The notes under the pieces are model-generated. The model was not told the origin of the DNA. It worked only from the letters and a program-made list of their open reading frames with translations, and ran no database searches. The translations under genes and the position numbers were made by a program. A stretch of DNA of 64,000 bases from Collinsella sp. (GTDB lineage: Bacteria; Actinomycetota; Coriobacteriia; Coriobacteriales; Coriobacteriaceae), in contig JAGZSF010000007.1 of NCBI GenBank assembly GCA_018381235.1, positions 8,423 through 72,422 on the forward strand. The letters are read 5' to 3'. Below are positions 54,030 through 62,163 of this stretch, in pieces. Position 1 is the first letter of the stretch, and each line of letters begins with the position of its first letter.

Positions 54030-54124
54030 GTCCGGCCGGGGCGGGAGGGGCCGAGATTTCCCCCTTTCGCTCCGGCTGCAAGCAGAGTCGTTCAGGAGGA
54101 AACTCGGCCCCTCCCGCCCCGGCC
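54030..54124. repeat. GC-rich long inverted repeat (~28-bp arms, 36-nt spacer) just after carB
   Basis: CCGGCCGGGGCGGGAGGGGCCGAGATTTCC ... GGAAACTCGGCCCCTCCCGCCCCGGCC. No T-run follows. Confidence 0.5.
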
Positions 54125-54185
54125 TACGGTGACTCAATTGCACCGTGTGCTGCCGAAGGGGCTTTGCGCGATGATTGGGGCTGAA

Positions 54186-54240
54186 CAGAAAATGAGTGTG
54201 GGCTCTGTCGTTCATTCGGACGACAGAGCCCACATTTTGT
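54186..54240 (+). terminator. rho-independent terminator
   Basis: TGGGCTCTGTCG-ttcattcgga-CGACAGAGCCCA followed by CATTTTGT. Confidence 0.55.
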
Positions 54241-54539
54241 ATGGGGCCTTCAGGTGAATTGCAATCATATGAAGGCCTTTTACCAAGGGAGAGATATGTC
54301 TTTGGACAGTTAGTTCAGATTTGTATTTCTCAAAGAGCAGAAGTCGGTTAATTTAGGCTCAATTGAACTGTTTTCGCTTTCCTAATGAGGCAGATATGCT
54401 TACTCAAGGGCGGAAAAGGCTTATCGCTGGGTCCCAGTGACTCAAAAACCGAGATGATTAAGCAAAAGCCACTGCCAAAAAAATACAAATCTGAACTAAC
54501 TGCCCACCACCCTCTGTCAACCTTTCTATTCAAACCAAA

Positions 54540-54582
54540 TCAGCCAACGTATGTCATAGCAATCCCCGGTAGGTCGCAGGGT
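54540..54582 (+). repeat. direct repeat copy 1 (TCAGCCAACGTATGTCATAGCAATCCCCGGTAGGTCGCAGGGTGG)
   Basis: 39 of 43 positions identical to 61440..61482, exactly 6,900 bp apart. Both are followed within 60 nt by an ACTT(C/T)GCGAAG palindrome. Confidence 0.6.
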
Positions 54583-54963
54583 GGCGGCTGAGCCTTTTCT
54601 TCGGGAAACTTCGCGAAGTCCAGTTCCCGAGGGAAAGGTATGGTCTGTGTAATACCAGATAAACAGTACATTTTTGCTTAATTGATATTTGGGAGAAGAA
54701 CCAATTGGTGTGGCTTATTAAGCCCACTTTGCCATTGACGCTCATTTTAATACCACTGGGAGAATTCCGAACTTGGTTGCGCAACTGCTCCTGTATGCTG
54801 ATTTAACCTAATAGGTGGATATCTGGTTACTACCAGTTGACCACTTGGTAACGGGTGGGCCCACTGCACGGAATGTACCGAACACCCCTCCCGTTTGATG
54901 CGTGCGCCATGCTGCAGGGCGTGCGTCCGCGACACTTCCGCATGTCGGAGGGAAGGAGTCCAG

Positions 54964-55359
54964 GTGTGTAGGAATTCCATTTTTACGAAACGGTGGGTGA
55001 AGGGAAGCGCGGTCCTCGTTGCCACTGCAGCGACGCTTGTGTTTGCCAATCCCCAGCAGGCGATTGCCACGCCACTCAAGGGTGTCGACTCAGCGACCGT
55101 GTCTCAGTCTGCCTCGAACGTCGTCGACATCGATTTCGCTGACGGCATCAAGGGCCGTATTACGTTCCTCGAGGACGGTATTTTCCGTTATAACGTCGAC
55201 CCCAAGGGTGAGTTTTCCGAGTACGCCACGCCGCGCAGTAAGTCCCACACGGCTAAGATCCAGGCCAGCCCGATACCTCGGACACCTACAGCAAGCCGAG
55301 TGCGACGGTTGCCGACAAGGGCGACACTATCGAGATCACCGGCGGAAAGGCGACCGTGA
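54964..55359 (+). CDS. N-terminal fragment (signal peptide + GH31 N-terminal beta-sandwich) of the large GH31 surface glycosidase; out of frame with the body
   Basis: GTG start 5 nt after GGAGGGAAGGAG. Signal peptide MCRNSIFTKRWVKGSAVLVATAATLVFANPQQAIA. ...GRITFLEDGIFRYNVDPKGEFSEYATPRSKSHTAKIQAS, then the frame degenerates into Arg/Pro-rich nonsense before the stop at 55357. Confidence 0.55.
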   Translation: MCRNSIFTKRWVKGSAVLVATAATLVFANPQQAIATPLKGVDSATVSQSASNVVDIDFADGIKGRITFLEDGIFRYNVDPKGEFSEYATPRSKSHTAKIQASPIPRTPTASRVRRLPTRATLSRSPAERRP

Positions 55360-58300
55360 TCCTGGACAAGGCGACTGGCAAGATGAGTATCAAGTCAGGC
55401 GACCGTGGCGTGGTTTCTGAGTCTGCGCCCCTCGACCTTGATAAGAAGGGTACCGTCCAGACGCTCGCCAAGGAGAAGTCCGAGAACTTCTTTGGCGGTG
55501 GCACCCAGAACGGCCGCTTCCTGCACACCAACCAGACCATCGCCATCTCCAACACTAACAACTGGACCGATGGCGGCGTTGCCTCGCCCAACCCGTTCTA
55601 TTGGACGAGCGACGGCTACGGCGTGCTCCGAAACACGTTTGCAGAGGGTTCCTACGACTTCGGTTCCACGGACTCATCGACGGTCACGACTTTGCACAGC
55701 GAGAATGAGTTTGATGCCTATTACTTCGTGGCGACCAACGAGGGCGCCTCGAACGTGGCAACCGAGATGCTGCAGGACTACTACAAGGTGACCGGCAATC
55801 CGGTGCTGCTGCCCGAGTACGGTTTCTACCTGGGTCATCTTAATGCCTATAACCGTGATGGCTGGTCAACGACCTCGGGTCAAAAGAAGTGGGAGACCAA
55901 GGGCAGCAAGTCCTCGAGTGAGAAGGGCGACGTTAAATACGAGTCCGGCATGTCGACGGGCTACAAGCTCGACGGCACGCTTGCGGCCGAGACGCTCAAC
56001 GGTGAGGGCCCTACGGTTGATACCGAGAACATGAAGGCGACCGATTTCGACCGCCAGTTCTCCGCCCGGCAGGTTATCGATGACTACGAGGACAACGACA
56101 TGCCGCTCGGCTGGTTCCTGCCGAACGACGGTTACGGTGCTGGCTACGGCCAGAACGGTTACTACAAGACCGGCGGCGTCAACTCCGACGGAACGAGTTC
56201 TGCCGAGCGCCTCAACGCCGTGCGCGCCAACGTCGACAATCTTAAGAAGTTCACCGAGTATGCCAACTCCAAGGGCGTGAGCACCGGTCTCTGGACCCAG
56301 TCGAACCTCGAGCCCGATAGCAACTCCGAGACCCCGTGGCATCTGCTGCGCGATTTCGATTCTGAGGTTAAGACTGGTGGCATCACCACGCTCAAGACCG
56401 ACGTCGCTTGGGTCGGCTCCGGCTACTCCTTTGGCCTCAACGGCATCAAGACGGCCTATGACACCGTGACCACCGGCGCCAACAAGCGCCCCAACATCAT
56501 CACGCTTGACGGCTGGGCCGGCACGCAGCGCTTTGGCGGCATCTGGACCGGCGACCAGTACGGCGGTAACTGGGAGTACATTCGCTTCCATATCCCCACG
56601 TATATCGGCCAGAGCCTCTCGGGCAACCCCAACATCGGCTCCGATATGGACGGCATCTTTGGTGGCGATCCCATCATCTCCGCTCGCGACTACCAGTGGA
56701 AGACATTCACGCCCTCTATGCTTGACATGGACGGTTGGGGCACCTACCGCAAGTCGCCCATGACGCACGGCGATCCATACACGGGCATCTCGCGCTTCTA
56801 TCTCAAGCTCAAAGCACAACTCATGCCCTATATCTACACGAGCGCGGCCTCGGCGGCCAACATCGACACGGGCAACGGCGATACCGGCCTTCCCATGATC
56901 CGCGCCATGCTGCTTTCCGACAACTCCGAGTACGCCGCAAGCACCTCGACGCAGTACCAGTACATGTTCGGTGAGAACTTCCTGGTGGCACCGGTGTATC
57001 AGGATACCCAGGCAGATGAGAACGGCAACGATGTCCGCAACGGTATCTACCTGCCCAACTACGGTACCGACGAGAATCCCACCATCTGGATTGACTACTT
57101 CTCGGGCAAGCAGTACCGCGGCGGTCAGGTCCTCAACAACTACGAGGCTCCGCTTTGGAAGCTGCCACTCTTTGTTAAGGCCAACGCCATCGTGCCGATG
57201 TACGCCGAGAACAACAACCCCGAGGCTGTGACCGAGACCAACACCAAGGGCACCAATCGCAGCCAGCGTATCGTCGAGTTCTTCGCCACCGAGGGTGAGG
57301 GCAGCTTTACGCAGTACGAGGATGACGGCTCCTCCATCGAGAACAACACGACCGAGGACGATTCCTACGGCACAATCGACAATATTTCCTACGGTGAGCA
57401 TGTGAGCACCGTCTATAAGTCGAGCGTGGTGGGCGGCACGGCGACCTTTACCGCCGAGGCATCGCAGGGCGGCTACAGCGGCTACGACTCCAACCGCACC
57501 ACGACCTTTGTGGCCAACGTCTCCGCCAAGCCCACGAGCGTCTCCGCCAAGAACGGCGGATCCGCGCTCAACGTGGTTGAGGTCGACTCGCAGGAGGCCT
57601 TTGACGCCGCGACCCCCGAGGCCGGCCAGGCGGTCTACTTCTACAACGAGACCCCCAACCTCAACCACTACGGTAGCGACGCAGGCAGCACCGAGGCCGA
57701 GCAGGGCGAGAGCTTCAACAACACCAAGATCACCACGAATCCCAAGGTCTACGTCAAGTTCGCGAAGACCGATGTCGCCACGGCAGCGCAGACGCTCGAA
57801 CTGGGCGATTTCGTGAACGCCGATGCCACGCTCGCGGCCGACCGCTTCAATGAGAACCTCTCCGCACCCGCGAACCTTGCTGCCCCCGAGGACGCCACGA
57901 CCCCCACGAGCATTAAGCTCACCTGGGGGAAGGTCGATGGTGCTACCTCCTACGACCTTAAGGTAGACGGCACTGTGTTCGCCGTGGGCGATGCGGCAGA
58001 ATTCACGCATACCGATCTTGCCTACAACAGCAAGCATACCTACCAGATTCGTTCGCGCAACGCCGATGGCTACTCCGCATGGAGCGACGTGCTTGAGGCG
58101 AACTCTGCGCTCGACCCGTGGCGGAACGTGCCTGAGGCCGAGGAAATCACTTGGGAGGGCTCGCTCTACGGTAGCCATAAGGCCGAACTCGCCTTCGACC
58201 ATGAGTTCCAGTCGGGCGACGGCGGTTTCCACTCCGGTGGCAACGATCTGGGCAAGGCGCTTACCGTTGACTACGGTCGCGCTTACAAGCTCGACAAGCT

Positions 58301-61300
58301 CGAGTACTATCCGCGCGATGATGCCGGTAACGGCACTGTGACCAAGATGCGCATCGAGACGAGCCTCGACGGCGTGCATTGGACGACGCAGGAGGTCGAC
58401 TGGGAGCGCTCCGCCGCTTGCAAGACGGTGGCGTTCGACGGCGCCGTGGCCGCGCGCTACGTGCGTATGACGCCGCTCGCGTCCGTGGGCAACTTCTTCT
58501 CCGCCTCCGAGATCGCCATCTACAAGACCGACGGCACGGACGGCTTCGCTGTGGGCTCCAACCTCAACAAGGCCACGGTCTCCGACGGCGACTACTCCAA
58601 CATGAAGAATTACCTGGGTCTTGAGAACCGCGAGCCCGACACCTCGACGTTCGACTCCCAGATCCGCGCCCACTTCGCCGACCTCAACGGCAACGGCGTC
58701 TACGACGTGTACGACTACTCCTTCACCATGGCGGCGCTCGACGGCGGCACCAAGCAAAAGGGCAAGGCTGCTGGCACCCTCGCGGTGATCCCGAGCAAGA
58801 TGGAGGTCGAGGCCGGCGACGAGATCACGGTCGACGTCTACGCCACCGACGCCGAGAACATCAACGCGCTCGGTGCGCTCGTCAACTTCAACAGCGACCA
58901 GTTCGAGTATGTCTCCGAGAGCATCGCGCAGGATGCGTCGACGGCGGGCATGGAGAACCTCTCGCGCGAGAAAGTGCAGTTCACGGATGGCCACCAGACC
59001 ATCAACCTGGCCTTCGCCAACCGCGGCGACGCCAAGCTCTTCAACAGTACTGGTGTGGTCGCGAGCTTTAAACTCAAGGCTAAGACGGCCGGCAAGGTCG
59101 AGCTGCCCTCGACGTCTTGGCTCGTCGGCCCGGCGTGCGACGCGCTCGAGTTCGTGAGTGATGGCACCGTGACGATGCCCGGTGTCCCGCAGCCAACCAA
59201 GTCCGAGTACGGCCGCGACGCCTTTGACATCACGATGACCACCGACGAGCTCCCCACCGACGACGGCACCAACGTCGAGAAGCTCATCCAGCAGAAGAGT
59301 TATGACGGACTGTTCGACAACAATGAGGGCGGCAACGACTTCGAGTTCCTGTGGAACTATGGGCCCAACTGGATCGACGGCAAGATGCCGACCTACGTCA
59401 AGCTGCCCGCCACGATGACGTTCGCCTTCAAGACGCCGTCGAAACTCGATAGCGTCGAGGTCGTTAACCGCAACGGTGGCAACGGCACCGTGCAGAAGAT
59501 TAAGTCCGTCGTGACGTTCGAGGACGGCTCGACCCAGGAGTTCTCGGGCGGAAGCTTTGATTCCTATCAGGCTCGCTACGCCTTTGGCCTCTCTGCCGAG
59601 AACAAGGGCAAGAAGGCGACCAAGGTCGAGATCACGCCGCTTGAGGCATCGGGTGACCAGATGCTCACGCTGCGCGAGATCAACTTCAACTACACACAGG
59701 GTGTCGAGGCCATCGAGGGTGTCGAACTGGGCAAGAACCAGACCGAGTTCTTCGAGGGCGATGTGACGCTCGTCGACGCCAAGGCCACGCCCGAGAGCGC
59801 CGGCTACCCCTATGTGACGGTCGAGAGCTCCGATCCTTCTGTGGTGAGCGTCTCCGCTGTCCAGGCCGGCGATAGCGTGAGCTACTACCTGCGCGCCAAC
59901 AAGGCCGGCAAGGCAACGATCACGGTGGCGTCGGTGCTCGATCCCTCCAAGACCGCATCCTATGAGGTCGAGGTCAAGGCTGGTGTCGACACCTCTGCGC
60001 TCATGGCAGCGCTTTCCAAGGCCGCGGGCTACAGCGAGTCCGTCTACACCAAGGATTCCTATGCAGCCCTCACCGCTGCGGTCGAGGCGGCTCAGAAGCT
60101 CCTCGATGGCGGCCAGGGCAGCTATAGCAAGAAGGATGTCGCAGACGCCACGGCCAAGATCGAGAAGGCAATCGACGGCCTCAAGATGCGCCCCGTCGAT
60201 GAGAAGAGCCTCATCAACACGCCCGAGAACCGCGAGAACGTCAAGGTGACCGGCTTCTCGAGCGAGGCCGACTATGAGGGCAGCAACGCCGTCAACGCTC
60301 TTGACGGCGATGAGCAGACGCTCTGGCACAGCGACTGGGCCTATAAGGCCGGTATGCCCCAGTACCTGACCGTCGACCTGGGCCGCGACTACGATCTCAC
60401 CGACGTCACGTTCCTGCCGCGCCAGGACGGCGGCACGAACGGCGATATCTTTGAGGCCGAGGTGCTGGTTTCCGACACCGCCGACGGTTATGAGATGGGC
60501 ACCGCCACGTCGATGGGTACGTTTACCTTCGACAACGACGGCCGCGTGCTCACCGACCGTGGCGACTGGAAGCAGATGAGCTTTGGTGCCGCGCGCGGTC
60601 GCTACGTGACCGTCAAGGTGCTCCACGCCGGCGGTGGCAGCGTTGACGCCTACTGCAGCATGGCGGAGCTCAAGTTCTACGGTACGGCCGTTCCCAATCC
60701 GGTGGCGAAGGACGACCTCACTGCCGCGATTGAAAAGGTTGATGCCGAGGTTGCAGCCGGCGACCTTAAGGCCAGCGACTACACCGAGGCTTCCTGGACC
60801 GCGTTCCAGAACGCCTTGGCGAGCGCCCGCGCCATCCTGAACGACGAGAACGCCACGCAGGACGAGGTCGACCAGGCACTCAAGGCACTCGAGAGTGCTC
60901 GCGACGCGCTTGAGAAGACTCCGGTGACCCCGGTCGAGAACCCGACCAAGAAGCAGCTCAAGGCCTTGGTCAAGCAGGCGAAGGAGACTGACACCAGGGG
61001 CAAGACGGACGAGTCTGTCAAGGCCCTGACGGATGCCATTACCTACGCCGAGGACGTCTTGGGTGATGAGAATGCTTCCGACATCCAGCTCCAGGCGGCC
61101 TATGACCAGCTCAAGCTGGCCATTGAGAGCCTCAAGGATGCCGATTCCGGCAACCAGGGCGGCTCGGGCAACCAGGGTTCCGGCAATGGCTCAAACGGCG
61201 GCAACCAGGCGGGCAGGCCCGCAGGCGACAAGGCCCAGGGCAGCAAGAAGAGCGGTTCGGCGATCCCCAATACCGGCGACCAGACGGCGGCGACCGTCGC

Positions 61301-61373
61301 GGCCGTCGGTGGTCTTGGCGCCATCATCGCCGCGATCGGCGCTTTCTTCCATCGTCGCAGCAAGGCTAAGTAG
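55356..61373 (+). CDS. glycoside hydrolase family 31 multidomain cell-wall-anchored protein (body; continues the 54964 fragment after a frameshift)
   Basis: GH31 second catalytic region DGWAGTQRFGGIWTGDQYGGNWEYIRFHIPTYIGQSLSGNPNIGSDMDGIFGG. FN3-like module (SIKLTWGKVDGATSYDLKVDG). Two F5/8 type C (discoidin/CBM32-like) modules (...YYPRDDAGNGTVTKMRIETSLDGVHWTT..., ...LWHSDWAYKAGMPQYLTVDLGRDYDLTDVTFLPRQDGG...). Dockerin-like ADLNGNGVYDVYDYSF. Three FIVAR-like helical repeats. C-terminal IPNTG + hydrophobic + HRRSKAK sorting signal. The frame-0 reading upstream of the GTG (from 55257) is already sensible protein (DPGQPDTSDTYSKPSATVADKGDTIEITGGKATV). Confidence 0.8.
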   Translation: MILDKATGKMSIKSGDRGVVSESAPLDLDKKGTVQTLAKEKSENFFGGGTQNGRFLHTNQTIAISNTNNWTDGGVASPNPFYWTSDGYGVLRNTFAEGSYDFGSTDSSTVTTLHSENEFDAYYFVATNEGASNVATEMLQDYYKVTGNPVLLPEYGFYLGHLNAYNRDGWSTTSGQKKWETKGSKSSSEKGDVKYESGMSTGYKLDGTLAAETLNGEGPTVDTENMKATDFDRQFSARQVIDDYEDNDMPLGWFLPNDGYGAGYGQNGYYKTGGVNSDGTSSAERLNAVRANVDNLKKFTEYANSKGVSTGLWTQSNLEPDSNSETPWHLLRDFDSEVKTGGITTLKTDVAWVGSGYSFGLNGIKTAYDTVTTGANKRPNIITLDGWAGTQRFGGIWTGDQYGGNWEYIRFHIPTYIGQSLSGNPNIGSDMDGIFGGDPIISARDYQWKTFTPSMLDMDGWGTYRKSPMTHGDPYTGISRFYLKLKAQLMPYIYTSAASAANIDTGNGDTGLPMIRAMLLSDNSEYAASTSTQYQYMFGENFLVAPVYQDTQADENGNDVRNGIYLPNYGTDENPTIWIDYFSGKQYRGGQVLNNYEAPLWKLPLFVKANAIVPMYAENNNPEAVTETNTKGTNRSQRIVEFFATEGEGSFTQYEDDGSSIENNTTEDDSYGTIDNISYGEHVSTVYKSSVVGGTATFTAEASQGGYSGYDSNRTTTFVANVSAKPTSVSAKNGGSALNVVEVDSQEAFDAATPEAGQAVYFYNETPNLNHYGSDAGSTEAEQGESFNNTKITTNPKVYVKFAKTDVATAAQTLELGDFVNADATLAADRFNENLSAPANLAAPEDATTPTSIKLTWGKVDGATSYDLKVDGTVFAVGDAAEFTHTDLAYNSKHTYQIRSRNADGYSAWSDVLEANSALDPWRNVPEAEEITWEGSLYGSHKAELAFDHEFQSGDGGFHSGGNDLGKALTVDYGRAYKLDKLEYYPRDDAGNGTVTKMRIETSLDGVHWTTQEVDWERSAACKTVAFDGAVAARYVRMTPLASVGNFFSASEIAIYKTDGTDGFAVGSNLNKATVSDGDYSNMKNYLGLENREPDTSTFDSQIRAHFADLNGNGVYDVYDYSFTMAALDGGTKQKGKAAGTLAVIPSKMEVEAGDEITVDVYATDAENINALGALVNFNSDQFEYVSESIAQDASTAGMENLSREKVQFTDGHQTINLAFANRGDAKLFNSTGVVASFKLKAKTAGKVELPSTSWLVGPACDALEFVSDGTVTMPGVPQPTKSEYGRDAFDITMTTDELPTDDGTNVEKLIQQKSYDGLFDNNEGGNDFEFLWNYGPNWIDGKMPTYVKLPATMTFAFKTPSKLDSVEVVNRNGGNGTVQKIKSVVTFEDGSTQEFSGGSFDSYQARYAFGLSAENKGKKATKVEITPLEASGDQMLTLREINFNYTQGVEAIEGVELGKNQTEFFEGDVTLVDAKATPESAGYPYVTVESSDPSVVSVSAVQAGDSVSYYLRANKAGKATITVASVLDPSKTASYEVEVKAGVDTSALMAALSKAAGYSESVYTKDSYAALTAAVEAAQKLLDGGQGSYSKKDVADATAKIEKAIDGLKMRPVDEKSLINTPENRENVKVTGFSSEADYEGSNAVNALDGDEQTLWHSDWAYKAGMPQYLTVDLGRDYDLTDVTFLPRQDGGTNGDIFEAEVLVSDTADGYEMGTATSMGTFTFDNDGRVLTDRGDWKQMSFGAARGRYVTVKVLHAGGGSVDAYCSMAELKFYGTAVPNPVAKDDLTAAIEKVDAEVAAGDLKASDYTEASWTAFQNALASARAILNDENATQDEVDQALKALESARDALEKTPVTPVENPTKKQLKALVKQAKETDTRGKTDESVKALTDAITYAEDVLGDENASDIQLQAAYDQLKLAIESLKDADSGNQGGSGNQGSGNGSNGGNQAGRPAGDKAQGSKKSGSAIPNTGDQTAATVAAVGGLGAIIAAIGAFFHRRSKAK

Positions 61374-61439
61374 TCCCAGCGACAACTAAGCAAACGTGCC
61401 CGCCGCTCCGTCAAGGACGGCGGGCATTGCTTTATTATT

Positions 61440-61482
61440 TCAGCCAACGTACGTCATGGCAATATCCGGTAGGTCGCAGGGC
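61440..61482 (+). repeat. direct repeat copy 2 (TCAGCCAACGTACGTCATGGCAATATCCGGTAGGTCGCAGGGCGC)
   Basis: See copy 1. Followed by a perfect 24-bp inverted repeat GGCGCTTCGCGGGCGGGCCAGGCT...AGCCTGGCCCGCCCGCGAAGCGCC (61485..61556) with a 38-nt loop. Confidence 0.6.
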
Positions 61483-61662
61483 GCTTCGCGGGCGGGCCAG
61501 GCTCTATCTGAACGACTTTGCGAAGCAACCGGAGTGAAGATAAAGCCTGGCCCGCCCGCGAAGCGCCACAGAGACCGCAGGGACGGGAGCAGCTATACTA
61601 CTCTCAGTAGTTAAGGGTCGCGGATTCGCCGCGTCACCGCTCTCAACAGGAGGTCTTTGTTT

Positions 61663-62127
61663 ATGGCAGATCAGAAGCCGGTTGTCGGGATCATCATGGG
61701 CTCCAAGTCCGATCTGGGCGTTATGGAAGGTTGCACCGCCGAGCTCGAGGCACTGGGCGTGCCCTATGAGCTCGTCATTGCAAGCGCGCACCGCACGCCG
61801 GCGAAGGTCCATGAGTGGGCCTCGACTGCTGCCGGCCGCGGTATCAAGGTGATTATCGCTGCTGCTGGCAAGGCTGCTCACCTGGGCGGTGTCGTGGCTG
61901 CGTTTACGCCGCTGCCGGTCATCGGTGTGCCTATGAAGACGAGCGATCTGGGTGGTATGGACTCGCTGCTGTCGATGGTGCAGATGCCTTCGGGCGTGCC
62001 CGTTGCCTGTGTGGCCATCAACGGTGCCAAGAACGCTGCCATTTACGCCACGCAGATTCTGGGCGCATGCGACCCCGAGTACCGCAAGGTTATCGAGAAG
62101 ATGAAGCAGGAGATGGCTGACGCCTAA
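61663..62127 (+). CDS. purE: 5-(carboxyamino)imidazole ribonucleotide mutase / AIR carboxylase catalytic subunit
   Basis: ATG at 61663, 9 nt after AGGAGG. PVVGIIMGSKSDLGVMEGCTAELEALGVPYELVIASAHRTP..., the PurE fold signature. Confidence 0.9.
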   Translation: MADQKPVVGIIMGSKSDLGVMEGCTAELEALGVPYELVIASAHRTPAKVHEWASTAAGRGIKVIIAAAGKAAHLGGVVAAFTPLPVIGVPMKTSDLGGMDSLLSMVQMPSGVPVACVAINGAKNAAIYATQILGACDPEYRKVIEKMKQEMADA

Positions 62128-62163
62128 GCGCTCTGCCAGTCCATTTGTAGCATAAGGAGAGCC

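Noticed and set aside
55866-60626. 1,586-aa minus-strand ORF
   Set aside because: Antisense to the GH31 gene. Its translation is Gly/Val/Ala/Arg-rich with no domain.
61561-61662. Possible ZTP (pfl) or purine riboswitch in the purE leader (GGGTCGCGGATTCGCCGCGTCACCGC)
   Set aside because: There is only a loose resemblance to the GGGUCGUGA...CCGCCUGGGCA pfl consensus, and the 3' pseudoknot half is missing. It is more likely a simple stem-loop.
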